Assembly (NCBI RefSeq): GCF_018350175.1
Contig: NC_058368.1
Coordinates: forward strand, 53,942,001-54,006,000
Length of the DNA: 64,000 bases
Origin: Felis catus
Lineage: Eukaryota
Reading direction: 5' to 3'
Of the stretch, positions 48,590 through 62,614 are shown in pieces (position 1 is the stretch's first letter; each line of letters starts with the position of its first letter). A program made the position numbers and the translations under genes. The notes under the pieces were generated by a model. That model was not told the DNA's origin. It did no database searches and worked only from the letters and a program-made list of their open reading frames with translations.

Positions 48590-49081
48590 TTCTTTTTTAA
48601 TAATCTTTTAAAAAATTTGAGTATAGTTGATACACGATATTACATTAGTTTCAGATGTACAACACGGTGATTCAGCTTCTCCATACAGTATGCTATGCTC
48701 ACCACAAGTACAGTTATATCTGTCACCATACAACGCTATTACAACATCTTTGACTATATTCCCTATGCTGTACATTTTCTTCCTGTGGCTTATTGATTCC
48801 ATAACTGGATGTCTGTATCTCTAACTCCCCTTCACCCACTTTTCCCATCTCCCCATCCTCCCTTCACTCTGGCAACCAGCAGTTTTCCGTCTTTACAGAT
48901 GTGATTCTGCTTTTTGTTTGTTTGTTTATTTGTTTTGTATTTTAGATTCCACATATGAGTGAAATCATACAGTGTTTGTCTTTCTCAGTCTGACTTATTT
49001 CACTAAGCATAATATCCTCTAGGTCTGTAGGTCCATCCATGTTCTTCCAAATGGCAAGATCTCATCCTTTTTTTATGGCTA

Positions 49082-49133
<52 letters not shown>

Positions 49134-49620
49134 GCCACAACTTCCTTATCTGTCTATTGATAGACACTTAGGTTGTTTCCATATCTTGGCTGTTATAAAT
49201 GATGCTGCGATAAACATAAGGGCGCATACATCTTTTACAATTAGTGTTTTTGTTTTGGGGGATAGATACCCAGTGTTAGAATTATTGAATCATAGGGTAT
49301 TTCTATTTTTAATTTTTTGATGAAATGCCATACTGTTTTCCACAGTGGCTGCACCAATTTACATTCAGTGTAAAGGGTTCCCTTTTCTCCACATCCTTGC
49401 CCACATTTGTTATTTCTTGCCTTTTTTATTTTAGCCATTCTAATAGTGTGTGAGGTGATACCTCATTGTGGTTTTGATTTGTATTTCTTTGACAATTAGT
49501 GATACTGAGCATATTTTTATGTGTTCATTGGCTATCTGTATATCTTCTTTGGAAAAATGCTTATTCAGGTCCTCGTCCATTTTTTAATCAGATTGTTTGG
49601 TTTATTTCTTTATTTATTTT
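48590..49620 (-). mobile_element. 5'-truncated carnivore LINE-1 (ORF2 end plus 3' UTR)
   Basis: Minus ORF 49241-49438 (KLVQPLWKTVWHFIKKLKIEIPYD) is the L1 ORF2p C-terminus. The 3' UTR text cattagtttcagatgtacaacacggtgattca is present, with (TG)n at about 49087-49120. Confidence 0.95.
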
Positions 49621-50126
49621 TTGGTTCAACATGAATATTTAAACTTAAGGTAGTTCACAAATCATGATAATCCATTTATTGGAATACTATATAGCCATTA
49701 AAAAATGATTCATAGAAAAAATATTTGTGACTAATACATGTACATTGACATGGGAAGTTTCAATATATTCTTATAAAATTACATGCCCCATATTCTGTTT
49801 TTAAAATGTGCATATATTTATTCCTAGAGATATATATTTGAAAAGATATATTGGGAAGTAAGTCAATACAGCAAATTGATTACAAGTATGAGTTTGCAGT
49901 GAAATAGATCAAATTATTATTTCTGGATTTAACCACATAATCATTGACTATATAGTTTTAAATCTATTATTTGTTCACCCCAAGTCTATGTCCTACTTTG
50001 TATAAAGTAGGGATAAAAGTAATGCCCTCAAAGGTTAATACTGTGAGGATCCAATGAAATGATTCATGTAAAACCTCAAGTCTAGTTTTCCACACACAGC
50101 AGTCATTCAATAAACTTTGCAATGTT

Positions 50127-50330
50127 TCTTTTTTTAAGTTTTTTCATTGATTTTGAAAGAGAGAGAAAACAAGGAAAGGGCTAGAGACAGAGGAGAGAGA
50201 GAATCCCAAGCAGGCCCCACATTGTCAGCCTGGAGGCAAACATGGGGCTTGATCTCATGAATTGTGGGATCATGACCTGAGCTGATATCAAGAGTCGGGC
50301 GCCCAACCTGCTGAGCCACCCACAAGCCCC
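50127..50330 (-). mobile_element. CAN-SINE inserted at the end of a MIR
   Basis: gagaatcccaagcaggccccac...gatcatgacctgagctgatatcaagagtcgg. TSD taaa(c/t)tttgcaatgtt at 50111-50126 and 50331-50346. Confidence 0.95.
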
Positions 50331-51625
50331 TAAATTTTGCAATGTTAACAAACATCCCTAGGTCACTGGTTATGAATGGTTTTAATGTTGTTTTTCTTTT
50401 ATGCATTTTCTGAGCCTTAAAATGGTTTAAAACTTACATTTTAGCTTGTTTTGACTTTTAATGGTAACAGATTTTGCAGTCTTTCTAAAGCACTATTATT
50501 GCATTATTGATGCATGACTTGCAAGAAACTCTACAAGATAGTTGAAAATGTCAAATAGCCATTTCCAAGCCGAGGCTTTCACGGAACCTAGCACTGCCTT
50601 TATTACTGAGGAGACATGTTCTTCACTGAGACTTTTACACAGGTGTCTTTTGAGGATATCAGTGGGGTCTAGAAGTGTACTCCTTTATCAGAGATTTAAA
50701 AATGAAAGGCTTACAGGGTGCCTGGGTGGCTACTGTTCTGTTGGATTTCAGGCCACCAGCATTTGCGTCCTCAGTTTCTTGGCTATCTGCTTCCCTTGAC
50801 TCTGACCATACTAGATATTTCCCTTTGTCCCTTCTGTGCTTGTGTTTCTGTTCCTATCTCATGGCCTTAATCAAACACCTGGACTTTACATCTCAACCCT
50901 GGAGTCACGTCTTGACTATCAGTGTCTGAGCTTTGCATTGAGCTGGACAACTTCCATTTCTATCCTATATTCCCTATTACTAGACTTATTAGTATTGATT
51001 CTTTTCCCTGTAATCCACACAGTTCACGTTAGGTCAGCTAAATCAATGACCTGATTTTTCTAATACTTTCATGTGATCATGCATCAGTGCTAACCTCCTA
51101 AGTAATATCATGCATCTTTCCAGGAAATCAATGATGTTGTGCCATAAAGAAGTGATGGATGTGAAAAACTTTTCAAAATCTGTTTCTACTCTGCTTAAGC
51201 CATTGATAGAAAGACAGTGGTTTACAGTGGAGAAAAATGCGGCTCAGAAACAGGCTAAAGACCTGATCCCTAGTGCCTCTGCTGCAGAGAAAGATATCAA
51301 CTTAGAAAAATGTGAGTGACACTTCCATATTTCCCACATCCCAGCAAGAGCATTCAAGTGACAATTTTACTCTATTTGTGATGGTTAGAGTTGGAACGCT
51401 TTTGCTCTCATCTGTAGCTTATTTTGTTTTATGTCTGTAAATATTTACAAATTGAATGTTAGCAAGTGAAATACTTCTGTATTGAAATACTTCTGTATTG
51501 AAACCCTATTTCTAGTAGCCAAGCAACTATTCTGTTAGACATCATCCTAAGATGTTTAGCTGTACGAATACTCTGCACACAATAGCTGAGGAGGAAAAAA
51601 AAAGAAGAAGTAGAAATAGTATAAC

Positions 51626-51830
51626 AGGGGTGCCTGCGTGACTCAGTCGGTTGAGCATCTGACTCTTAATTTGGGCTCCGGTCATGATCCCATGGTTGTA
51701 GGGTTGAGCCCTGCACAGGGCTCCACGATGAGCATGGATCCTCCTTAAGTTTCTGTTTCTCTCTTTCTCTCTCTGCCCCTCTCCCCAACTTGCAGTCTCT
51801 CTCTCTGAAGAAAATAATAAAATTTTTAAA
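51626..51830 (+). mobile_element. CAN-SINE
   Basis: aggggtgcctgcgtgactcagtcggttgagcatctgactctt head, CT tract and A-rich tail. Confidence 0.93.
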
Positions 51831-52259
51831 AGCCACAGATAACATAACAAATAAGCATGTTGAAATAGGGCACCAGACAGCAAAACACCCTGCCTTGGGG
51901 GAAGGGATGAAGAAAAAAAATGAAGAGAATTTTGGGGTCATTTTATATAAAGACAAAAAAAATCTATCATGTCTCTCAAAGGATGATGAAGACATTAAAG
52001 CATTGTAGGACAATTCAATAACTGAGATTAAATTCAACCATACCCCTGCTTAGAACTTTTTAGTAGTTACCTCCCCTTTGCCTACAGGATAAGAATCTAA
52101 ACTTTTTAACCTGATGTACAAAACTTTTCACAGTCAGGCTCTGGACTTCTACCACTTCTCCACAGGCTATAGCCTAAGTATCGGAGCTAAGACCTAGAGA
52201 AGGCCCTGGAAATAATAATCGTAATACTCACATTATTTGACTGTTTGCTATATTCCATG

Positions 52260-52455
52260 TATGAGGCTAAGAGCCTTTTGAACACTATGCCACTTATATA
52301 ATATAAAAAAATATGGATATTGACCATTTTATAGATGAGGAAACTAAAGCTCAAGTTAAGGCTAACTAACACTATCCCAGAGTTTCTTGCTAGTAAGTAG
52401 ACAAGTCAATGTTAAGTCCAGGCTGTCCGATTCTTAGTAGGTAGTGGTCTCAGTC
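52260..52455 (-). mobile_element. MIR SINE
   Basis: ccattttatagatgaggaaactaaagctcaag...gctagtaagtagacaag...ccaggctgtccga. Confidence 0.8.
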
Positions 52456-55400
52456 CTTTCCCCTGAACCCCACAGGCATCTGTGGTCATTCTCCCACAAG
52501 AGAATGGCTCCCACCTTACTATCAATCCTCTAAATCAGGATTTCCAAAAAAAATCCCCAAAATATATATCAATAGGAGAGATTAAGATGATTCCTGCTTG
52601 GTGCTCAGCAAATGTAAAATTCAAAGGGGCATCAGGTAAATGTGTAACAAAATGTGTTGTCTTTTTGATGGGATAGACAGAAAACAGAGGTCCTGATCCA
52701 CTTCAGGTAATTAAAGGGTCTGTGACACATCTTGAAAGTGAAGAGGTATGAATTCCAGGGCCCTGGCGGAATTCCAAACCACATAATTATACCTTGCACT
52801 TTCTACCTAAAAATTTCCTCAGAGTTTCAGCTGAAAAATAAATTCTTCACTTCCCCTACTAAATATTGCCACTGTGGCTTGTGAGGCATCATTATGCTTC
52901 TTTAAGCAGACCCTTCCTCTATTTCATTGAAGAATCAAGTTCCCCCTGAAAAGTGGCCCAGAATAAGATCTTCCCATACCTTGTTGGATAAATACGGTAA
53001 GTATGGCCAACTCAGTCCTAGGAAGAAGGTAGATAGGCGATAGATAAATAGATAGATACGCAGACATTAAAAACATAACAGAAGTCAGGGTAATAGAAAA
53101 TTACAAATACTGGATTTCTTTGACTTATTGTATGAATGCTTCATTTAAACTACCACGTACCCCTTGCACAACTGGTGGTTGAACCCCCACCCCCATCCCG
53201 AAACAGAAGAATCATTTTAACTGTAACTGACTGAAATAAAGATCAAGGGTCATTTGCAAGTGTCTTTCTGAACTGGATTATGTTTGGCTTTCAAGTGTAA
53301 TTGAAATTTGTCTCAAATAATTATACCAGAAGTGTTGTAACAAATGGTAGCTAATGTAGATGTCTCTTTATTAAAACTGATTGCATCTTTTTTACACTCT
53401 GTAAATGTAAGTAGAATCCTTGCTAAATATTCATGGAGATGAAGCAGAGAAACAGAGAAAAAAAGAAATTTGAAATGAACCGCTAATCCAATTTATTAAT
53501 TACATACTTTATTACATTAGTGAATTGCTAGCATTTATTGAATAATGTCTTCAACCCTATGCTAAGTGCTTTACAAGCATCATTCTGAGAAGAGGACTCT
53601 GGGCTTTCCTGAACTGCCAAAGGGGGGAAATGGGTTGAGAGCATCCACTCATGTTACCGTTAAGGAAGAGGAATCAAGTAATTCCAACATTACTTATTAA
53701 TTCCCAAATAAGCACATTGTATAATGGCATAGCTTCCAATTTTAAATTAGTTTTTCGATAAAACAACATTTCAAAGGAATATTGCACTTGAAATTGCTTA
53801 GATGAAGAAGCAAAACAGATGATCAGAGTAATCACAAGTTGAATGAATGGTCTGTGAATAATAATTGCTTTGATACTATAAAGCTGTATCTTGTCCCAAG
53901 TCAAGAAATCTCTAGCTGTTCAATCTTTTTTTATAAAATCTGAAATTTTAAAGTGTTCTAATCCACATTTAGCAGTTTATTCTCTCAACCATAGCAAGAC
54001 TCCTTATTGGTACTAACAGCTTAGTCTGTAAAAAGCACAGTAAAGGGCTATGCCAGGAAATAAACTAATCTAACCGTCATTATGCAAAACCATGCAAAAC
54101 TATCCATACGAGGTTTTGTTGCAGAATGTAGGTTGTTCCTACCTGATTTGCTATGTGTACATGTGTCCATATACTCAAACTCTACCCTTTGTTCCAAAGG
54201 GGAAAAAACAAACAAACAAACAAACAAACAGTATCAAGCACTTCCCACTTGCAAATTGAAATTTCAATTTTAAAATATCAGTCTTTTAGGATTTCATTGT
54301 TTCATTTCATTTAAGTTCACCATTATCTTTATGCGATGCACCTTGTTAATTGTTGTCTTCTTCTTAAAGTAAGTCACAGCTTTGTGAAATGGTCAGCGCT
54401 ACTCGCAAAATGCTGTCAAACTGTGAATTACAGGAGCCTTTGATGGAGATAATAAATATCAAATAACATTGCCTTTCCTTTTCCAGACTGCATTTCTGTC
54501 CAAGCTTTGGTTTCAATCAATACCATTATTGCTACCCATACATTTTTGTCATTCCAACAAAAAATAAAATTCTTCGTCTTTCCAACTTGTCAGATAACTG
54601 TGTTAGCCATTGGAATCTTTTTTTTTTTTTTTGCTTGTTTATAGTTTTTAATGGAAAGACATTAACTTTATAACCAGCATTCTTTGTGCAACAGAGCCAT
54701 TGTCCTTAGGTGTAAAGATGGTGGGTTGTTTGCAGCATTATTGAAATAGAACCAAAACACCAAAACTTTGAAAGATAATTGCTCTACTTCCTCACATTTT
54801 TCTTTGTATACAGCACCTCAGTATCATTAACCAGTTTAGAAATAATCTGTGATTAACTGTAAGCCCTAAGTCATGTCCCAGAGACTCAGCTTACATTTAG
54901 TCAGAATGATACCCCATGAGACTGGAGCAGCAGATTCAGACTCCCAAACACTCAGCATTTCTGCAGTATACTACTGGCCACACTGATCATTATTTACATA
55001 ATATCTGTCTTTCCCTTTAGATTGTAAGCCTCATGAGAGCAATGACTGCAACTTATTCAAGTCCATCTCTGCAAGACTTAGCTAAATAGCTGGCTTATAC
55101 TAGTTGTTTAATTAATATTTGTTGACTGGATCTGTGAACAGAAACAGAATATGTCTTCTCAGTTTAGGTGACTATTTTTATTCTTCTCATTGTAGTCTAG
55201 AACAAGCCTACTTGGTTACAAACAGCTGTCAAAGTAGGGAGGGCATGGAACAAACAGAAGTTTCTTTGGGGGCCAGTCAGGGCTGGACATAGAGATCCAT
55301 GGTTAGTCCTGACAAAAGAGTTCTACTCAGTCCAGACTATCGTAGTCATGTGGCAATACCAGAACTAATTTTTTAAGGGAAGCCAGATCTTGTATTTTTA

Positions 55401-56739
55401 CATGAAAAAATAGTTTCTGAGTTTTTAAAATATACTTTAGGCCATCAGAATGTGTCAGTTCCCCATCTTCAGCATACACATAGCAAATTTACAATCTCTG
55501 ATCTATGCCTTCTGTTTTTCCTTAGTGTATAAATTCGTAAAGAAATATTTCTTGGTAGTTTGCTGCTTCCATTTGCTAAGATATCTAGTATTCATAATAA
55601 AATCAAGATTATTATCAAATTTTGCTCTGTCCCTTTCCATGTTGTCTGGTTCTTTAGTTCAATTTTAACTTCTGTCTCTCCTCTGCCAGTGGGGTTGTTC
55701 TGATGATAAATGTTGCTACTGTTCAGCCACAGTGGAGTCATAGTTTGAATGTCTTTACCTGTCTTGAGATAAGCCTGAAGTAGCTACTTTCTGTCACTGT
55801 GGCCCATACTGAAGGTAGCCAAAGACAGGCACGAAACTGATTCAACCATGGGGTCTTCCTCTCCAAGGTTAGTACATTCCCTGTCATCCTACAAGTCATA
55901 TCATAAGATTATGGTTAATTTTAATCAAATCTGCATCAGACTTCCATTTCTGCCTCCATTACTCAATTTCATATGGACTTTACATGAGCTCTAGTCTGCC
56001 TTTTGAACCCTATTCTTTTCCTATGGGAGAAAAAGTCTTCAGTTACCCCTAATCAATTTTGTTCTAACTCTGACATTAGTATTCAGAAACAAGATCTTTC
56101 CCCCCCTTTCATAGATCCTTCATACAGTTAATGAACCCAAGACCCCAAGTCAATGGAACACTTTCTATTGGGCCTCACTGTAGAATCACAGCTGCATCTC
56201 TGCCTGAGTTACACCTGCTAATCCCATAAAGGGTGGTGTCTTTGTTCTTCAGTCCTGGCACTGAAGAGAAAAATGGTGTCTTGTGGTGAATCACGTGCTC
56301 CTGTCGACCACAGTAAAATAGTTACTGTCTGCTTTATTCAGTCACCAGTCCCTTCAAACTTCAACTGACTTTCTATCCTCCTTTCTCCAACCCCCTTGAA
56401 ATATTTTTTTCCCCTCTCTTCTGGAACAAGTTATGTGCTACTTTTTTTGACACTCATATCCCAGCCTCTTTCATTACATTGTAAATTAGTTACCTTTGCT
56501 TTTGATTCCCTGAGAATTATTTTGTTTGGATTCTTTATTCTCTAATACCCAAAGATATTCTAAACCCCTTGTTTCCCCCTTATATATACTTTGTTTTTTT
56601 CCTTATCATCTATTCTAATGTCCAAATGCTTTAGCTATAAACTAGGATGGACTGCCTGACCCACCTATGGATTTGGACACCAGAACTTCTATACAAAGAA
56701 ATCTGAAATTGAATAAAATATTTTACATTTTAGCAAATT

Positions 56740-56975
56740 AAAAGGAGCAATGACCTGAAGTCAAAGACTCCAGTGCATCAACTTAGAAGCAACTTGGTCT
56801 TTGGCAAATTAATTAACCTTGGTTAAGCTTTCTATTTCTAACCTATGATTCAGTCATGACTTGGGCATGCCAGCCATACACTTTTTGTAATGTTGCTGTG
56901 AGGGTTAAGTGAGATAATATTTGTGGAAGTACTTGAAAACCTAAAAAGTACTAAACAAATAGATAATATTATTAA
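56740..56975 (+). mobile_element. MIR SINE (degenerate)
   Basis: ggtctttggcaaattaattaacctt...gttgctgtgagggttaagtgagataatatttgtggaagtactt. Confidence 0.65.
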
Positions 56976-58074
56976 ATAATGCAGCTTTATGTTGTATCAT
57001 TTCTTACTGCCTTGAAGGATAAGGTCATGTACAGCTGTGAGTGTCTTAATACACAGATAGTACATATTTAATGCCATATCTTCCCAGTTATACACCATCT
57101 CCTCAAGTAAACCAAGATAATATGTTGCTTTTGGCTATAATCTGGAAAGTGGGTTGTGGTCTGGAGGGTAGGTTGTGAGAGAAATAAACGGACAAGGAGA
57201 TTTGCTTTTCTTAGCTGTTTGCTTTAGGTCTGTTCTTTTCTAATATTAGCTGCTCTTCCGAATTTAACCTTTTCTCTCACTATATGTCAACCGTTCTTGG
57301 TTTTTGGTCAGTGCATGGTGCCTGGCTTCTGCCCATCAAGCACACTGATTTGCCTAGACTTGGAGTCCAGCCCAGCCCTTACTCTGACTGTATCTCTGCC
57401 TTAATCAAGGACCCCTGGCCTAATAAGATATTGTGTCACTGCCCATGGCATAAAATTCCCATACATTACATGGAATTCCTTGCATATCAAGTCTCACTTT
57501 CACATCCTGGGTGCATGAATACTCTGTGCCTACATCTTAGTGCTTATACTCCTGTCCCCCAGGAGACACTGATTCAGTCTGCCTACTTGGACCTCAACCC
57601 AATCAGGTATTAACTGCCTAGATTGATGACCCTTTATAATTTTTCTTTCTTCACAGGGGTGTTAGTCACCTGCTTCTCAAACCTACCCCTCTAGATTGTG
57701 AGTTCCTTGAGGACCAAACCAATTCCATTACTCACTCATCATCTCATCCCCAAAGCCTTGCCTCAGGTTGCTAGTTGATGAAAACCTTGTGCAGCCAGCA
57801 CCCTGCTGGTAACTGCCTTGCTGCCAAGATATGCTCCACATATCTGGATATCTAGACTTCAGAGTGTCCTAGACCCAGGGGGTCCTGGAACCTTTGTTTT
57901 ATATATGACTGTTATGCAACTGGACCACTGACTAGCTTGCTCGGTCTGTTTCCTGTTGATTTGCTCCATATCCCAACCCAATTTGGCTGTCCCTATTTCT
58001 CTACTCTTCCAACCTGTGAGAAGCTCTTGTTGCAGATGAAAATAATTGAGATAGCTGGGCATGACCTCACATGG

Positions 58075-58215
58075 AGCCTCCCAGCACTGGCATCCCCTGG
58101 GAGATGGTTGGATATGCAGAATCTCAGGCCTCCAGACCTACTGAATCAGCACATATATCTTATTAAGACCCCAGGTAGAACGATTCATATGCAAATTAAA
58201 GTGTAAGAGGCACTG
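58075..58215. mobile_element. MER5A-like hAT-Charlie relic
   Basis: ggcatcccctgggagatggttggatatgcagaatctcaggcctccagacctactgaatcag...ccccaggt...attcatatgcaaattaaagtgtaagaggcactg. Confidence 0.85.
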
Positions 58216-58221
58216 ACTTAA

Positions 58222-58222
<1 letters not shown>

Positions 58223-58261
<39 letters not shown>
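58223..58261 (+). repeat. (CA)n microsatellite
   Basis: Read directly. Confidence 0.97.
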
Positions 58262-58263
<2 letters not shown>

Positions 58264-58808
58264 GTATAACACAATAATGTATAATAAAGCACATCTAATA
58301 TACTTTAAGATTTATATGCTATATAAATAACATATTTCATAAAATGTAAATAGAGTGTAAAAATAATAGAATACCAATTGACTTATTTAATTTCTTTGTG
58401 AAGCTTATACATTATACAAATTTTTTAAAAATATCTGAAAATAGCAAAAACAAACATCAAAGGCAGCATGAAGCAGTAAAATATCAGAGAATTCATTTTT
58501 GTAAGACCTGGTTTTTAGTATACCTTTGCTTCAGGTTAAGCAGTCAACTCTTCTGGGCCTCTTTTCTATATTAGAAAAGATATAATGTAAAACTAGGTGA
58601 ACTCAAAATCTTGTCTAACATTTACGGTTTTTATAAATAATTCTCCCTGATTCCTTCAACCCACAATGTTGTAGTTATGTGATTACTGAAGCTCATCTTA
58701 TCAGTTTAAACTTTTATCAACCTCTCTATTTATTGGCTCTTACCTTTCTTCTAGAAGTGGGATTTACTCTAGTCAGGGTTCTTTTGGCTGCAAGAAATAG
58801 AGACTCTG

Positions 58809-58900
58809 ACAGTGACCAACTGTCCCAGTTTGCTGGGGATGGAGAGGTTTCCCAATAAAATGAGGATGGTTACATGCAAATTGGGATGGTTGGTCACCCT
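58809..58900. mobile_element. MER94-like hAT-Blackjack relic inside an old MLT1-like LTR
   Basis: gtgaccaactgtcccagtttgc...gcaaattgggatggttggtcaccct inverted ends. Host begins tagtcagggttcttttggctgcaagaaatagagac at about 58770. Confidence 0.7.
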
Positions 58901-61039
58901 ACTCTGTCCAGATTATGCCAGAGAAAGGAGCTTATTGAGAGAATGTACTGGCATATAATGCAAGAAAGCTCAATAAAACTTCAGAGAAATCATCATCACT
59001 CAGTTTTATGGTCCAACCACCCAATCCTCTTTTTGTCTATCATGGCATCTTTCCTTGTTTTATTATATCAACCCCATTCCTCTCTGTTCACTGACAGGTT
59101 TCCTTTGCTTAATATTTGTTTCTGTTCCTACACAACTTCAATCTTGATGAAAATGTAGACTTTGTGATGACATCCTATCTCTAGAGCAGGACACAGATTT
59201 TAATTCCAAGTGAGCTATAAACAGGCTGTTCTTAGCATCAAATGGGCCATGGCTAGAAGTAGACAAAGAAGTGAGGTCGTGTGTGATTGAACACTGCGAT
59301 TTTGGAGAGCAGATCTTGTGCATTTCGGCTATCCCTTAGATGGAAACATGAGTCAGGAAGGCTTTCCAATTGGTATCTAGTATACCATTTTCATTACTAA
59401 GTACTCTTGCCTCTATTCAAACTTATTCTTAGATGCAAGTTCACGTACAAATGTGAAATACAAGCATAGCAGTTCTCACTCTGTAGCCAAATGCCCTTAA
59501 ATGATCTCAACTTTTCATAGCACAGCCTATTCTTCTAGTAGTTCATTTTGAAGCCTTCCTTGAGTATCCAGCCACCTGGTTCCAAACTTCATGATCTGTT
59601 CTTAGAGGTTTCCCAATTGCCATTTTCAAGGAGAAGCATATCACAATCTGTCCCAGATTTTCGTATTTCATTCACAAGACTTATTCCTTCATTAATAAGG
59701 TGACTTGCTGTGTATTTTAACATCATGATTTTATAAAGCACAACTCCTTTTACTCAAATACTTTGAGAAAGAAAGTACAATATGGCTTTCAACACTTAAG
59801 CTTAAAATCTTACATTCTTTAAATTAATCCATAATTACTTAGGAAGAGTATGTGATTCATAACATAAATTTCTATGGGTGAGTGCAAAAAAATCATCATA
59901 TTTTAAACTTCTGATATGGTAGCTTTCTCTGTATTTGAACTCTACAATGAAACCAAACAACAATTTCTCTTCCTGCTGGAGAACTCTCCCTTTTGCTATT
60001 TCTTTATGTAATGTGATTACGGATCCATTTCTGCCTCTCATTTCAGGGCTTTAATTTGCTTTGACTATTATTTAGATTAATATAGTACAATCAAATTTTA
60101 GGAAGTACTATTTCAAGAGAGATTTATTTCTATTACATATAGGAAGATATCCAGAAAAAAGAAAGCTGTAATTATAACTGATGTATTTTATCCTTTATAA
60201 TTAACAAAACCAGTAACATCTATCTTCCCAAGAAATGTTTCAGATACATTTTCAATTTCCATTCGTCAAGAAATCTCCTTTAAAGAATAAGGCATACATT
60301 AGGCATAAGTGATAATTTACTGAATTTCTACTGCTATTCTAAAATAGCCATCAGTAATAGCCTTAATAAAATGCATGACTTATAATCTGGCAACCAGTTA
60401 GAATTTATTAAACTAAAAGAGGTGAGGTGACTCATTGATTCACAGAAAATGCTCTCTGAAATACTTATTTTATAATCAGCCAGGTACATTCAACCTTCAG
60501 ATGTACACATCATCAATCACTCAAAAGATATAAATAAATAAGAACTATTCATTTATTGGGTGAATATAGACATTCATCTATAAGCTTGTGATGCAGTTTT
60601 GGTAGCTCAAGACCACAACTCATGGACAGTTAAGAAATTTTCCTGAGCTAGTAAATGAAAATCTCCTACTGGTTACATTGACTTTACCATATATCTATTT
60701 TATTCGGGTAAACCTTGGCTTGCTTTGTAATCAATATATGTTTCTCATTTGTCTTTTGCACAAACACTCTAGTTTGGCCTCCATCATTTTAAACTAGATC
60801 ATTTCTCTCCTACTTAATAAAATTCTCTACAGTTTCTTCCCTCCATAATCCACATAGTATATTCTGCCATAATGCTCTTCTTAAAACACTGATCTTAAAA
60901 TGGAACTCCTTTACCAATGGCCTCTAATTTTATATCAAAAAAATCATCTTGAAATACTAAAATTATGGAATCATGAATACCTCAGTTGGAAGGAATCTCA
61001 GAGATATCCAGTCCCTTCTCCCAAAGCATATATGCTTTA

Positions 61040-62350
61040 TTTATCCTAGTATATACTTTATTTATCCATTCCACAGATATTTGTTGTATATCTACTATGT
61101 TTTAGATATGAGTATAGGCCTAAAGATATGGTGATGAACAGAACAGACTATAGTTGCTTTTTTGGAATTGACATTTGTGTGAGAGAGAAAAACAATAAGG
61201 AAACAGGAAAAACAATCAAGTAGTGGTAAGTGCGTTGAAGAAAATTAAACAGTGATGGTGACTGCTTGGCCTCTTTAGATTATATGCTCAAGTGAAGATG
61301 CATGAGTTTCCTAGGGCTGCCATAACTAATTAGCATATAAAGTGTGGCTTAAAACAATATGAATTTATTCTCTTATGGCTCTGGAGGCCAGAAACCCAAA
61401 ATCAAGATGTTGTCAGGCTTGTGCTCTCTCTCGGGGTTCCGGGACAGGGGTGGGGGAGGGGGTGGGAATTCTTCCTTGCCTCTTCCAGCTTCTGAAGATA
61501 AGACATTGCTTGACATGTGCTTGCATAACTCCAGTCACCACCTCAGTCTTCACAAAGCCTTCTCAGCTCTCCATGTCTCTTCTCTGCATGTCTCTTTGAA
61601 GACCCTTGTCATTGGTTTTAGGTCCATCTGGATAATATAGTTCATCTCATCTCAAAATCCTTATATATATCTGCCAAGACCCTTTTTCAAAAGAAGTTCA
61701 AATTCACAGTTTCCAAGATTAGGATATGGACCACCATTCAATCCACTACAGAAAATTTCTCTAAAGAAGTAATATTTAAGTTGAAGCCTAAATCACAAAA
61801 AAAGAAACCAACTATGTGAAAATCAGGGAAAGAGATCCCAAGAAGAGAGACCAGCCAATAAAGGAACTCAAAGCAGAACCAAACTTGACGTATTTGAGGA
61901 AGCAAAAGGAAACCAGCATGGCTGAAGCTTCATAGTGGAGAGAAAGAGTCATACAAAATGAGTTCAGAGTGCTATGCTGATCATGGATATCATGTAGATA
62001 TTTAAACAGTTCCCCTAACTTACTGCCAACATTGGGAGTACAAATTTTATGTTTAGTGAAAAGGAAACCTTGCAGAATTGTATGTAGGACAGTGGTACAA
62101 TGGAATTTAAGTTTCAAGAATCACACTGGTTCCTTTGTTGAGAACAGATTCTAAGGAACCAACATGGCCTATAGTTTTTTGGTAGAAAATGTTATTATTT
62201 CCTGAAATGAGAAAAACCGTGAGAGGAACATGTTTGCGGTAGTGAAATTAAGGGTTTGATTCTGGCCATTATTCATATGGAAATGTCACATAGTTGGATA
62301 TAGGAATCCAGCAATTAGGATAAAATGTCAGAGCTGAATATATAACTTTG
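61040..62350 (-). mobile_element. LINE-2 fragment split by an MLT1 LTR
   Basis: tttatccattccacagatatttgttgtatatctactatg...gatatggtgatgaacagaacagac. It resumes after the LTR with ttctctaaagaagtaatatttaagttgaagccta...tatttgaggaagcaaaaggaaaccagcatggctgaagc. Confidence 0.8.
61299..61750 (-). mobile_element. MaLR solo LTR (MLT1C-like)
   Basis: TG...CA termini. tttcctagggctgccataac...ggcttaaaacaa...ctggaggccagaaacccaaaatcaagatg...accattcaatccactaca. Flanks gaaga/gaaaa. Confidence 0.9.
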
Positions 62351-62614
62351 GTAGTTACTCTACCTCTGCTTGGCCAATATTGCTGATCACTTAATTTTTA
62401 GGAAGTCAACTGTATTGTTGCATTAGTAATTAGATTACAGTAATTAGATTACTAGTAACTAGTAATTAGAGCTAGTTTATAAACCATACAAGCTCACTGC
62501 TCTCTTTAAAGACTGCATGCCCTCTCTGCTATGTTGCTCCCTGACCAACAAGCACAACAAAAAGAGACTTACCTAACTTACTCACTTTGTCCCCAACACT
62601 CAAGTTTTCACTGA

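Noticed and set aside
62421..62470. Short AT-rich reiteration (agtaattagattac)
   Set aside because: A local slippage repeat with no spacer structure. It is not CRISPR-like.
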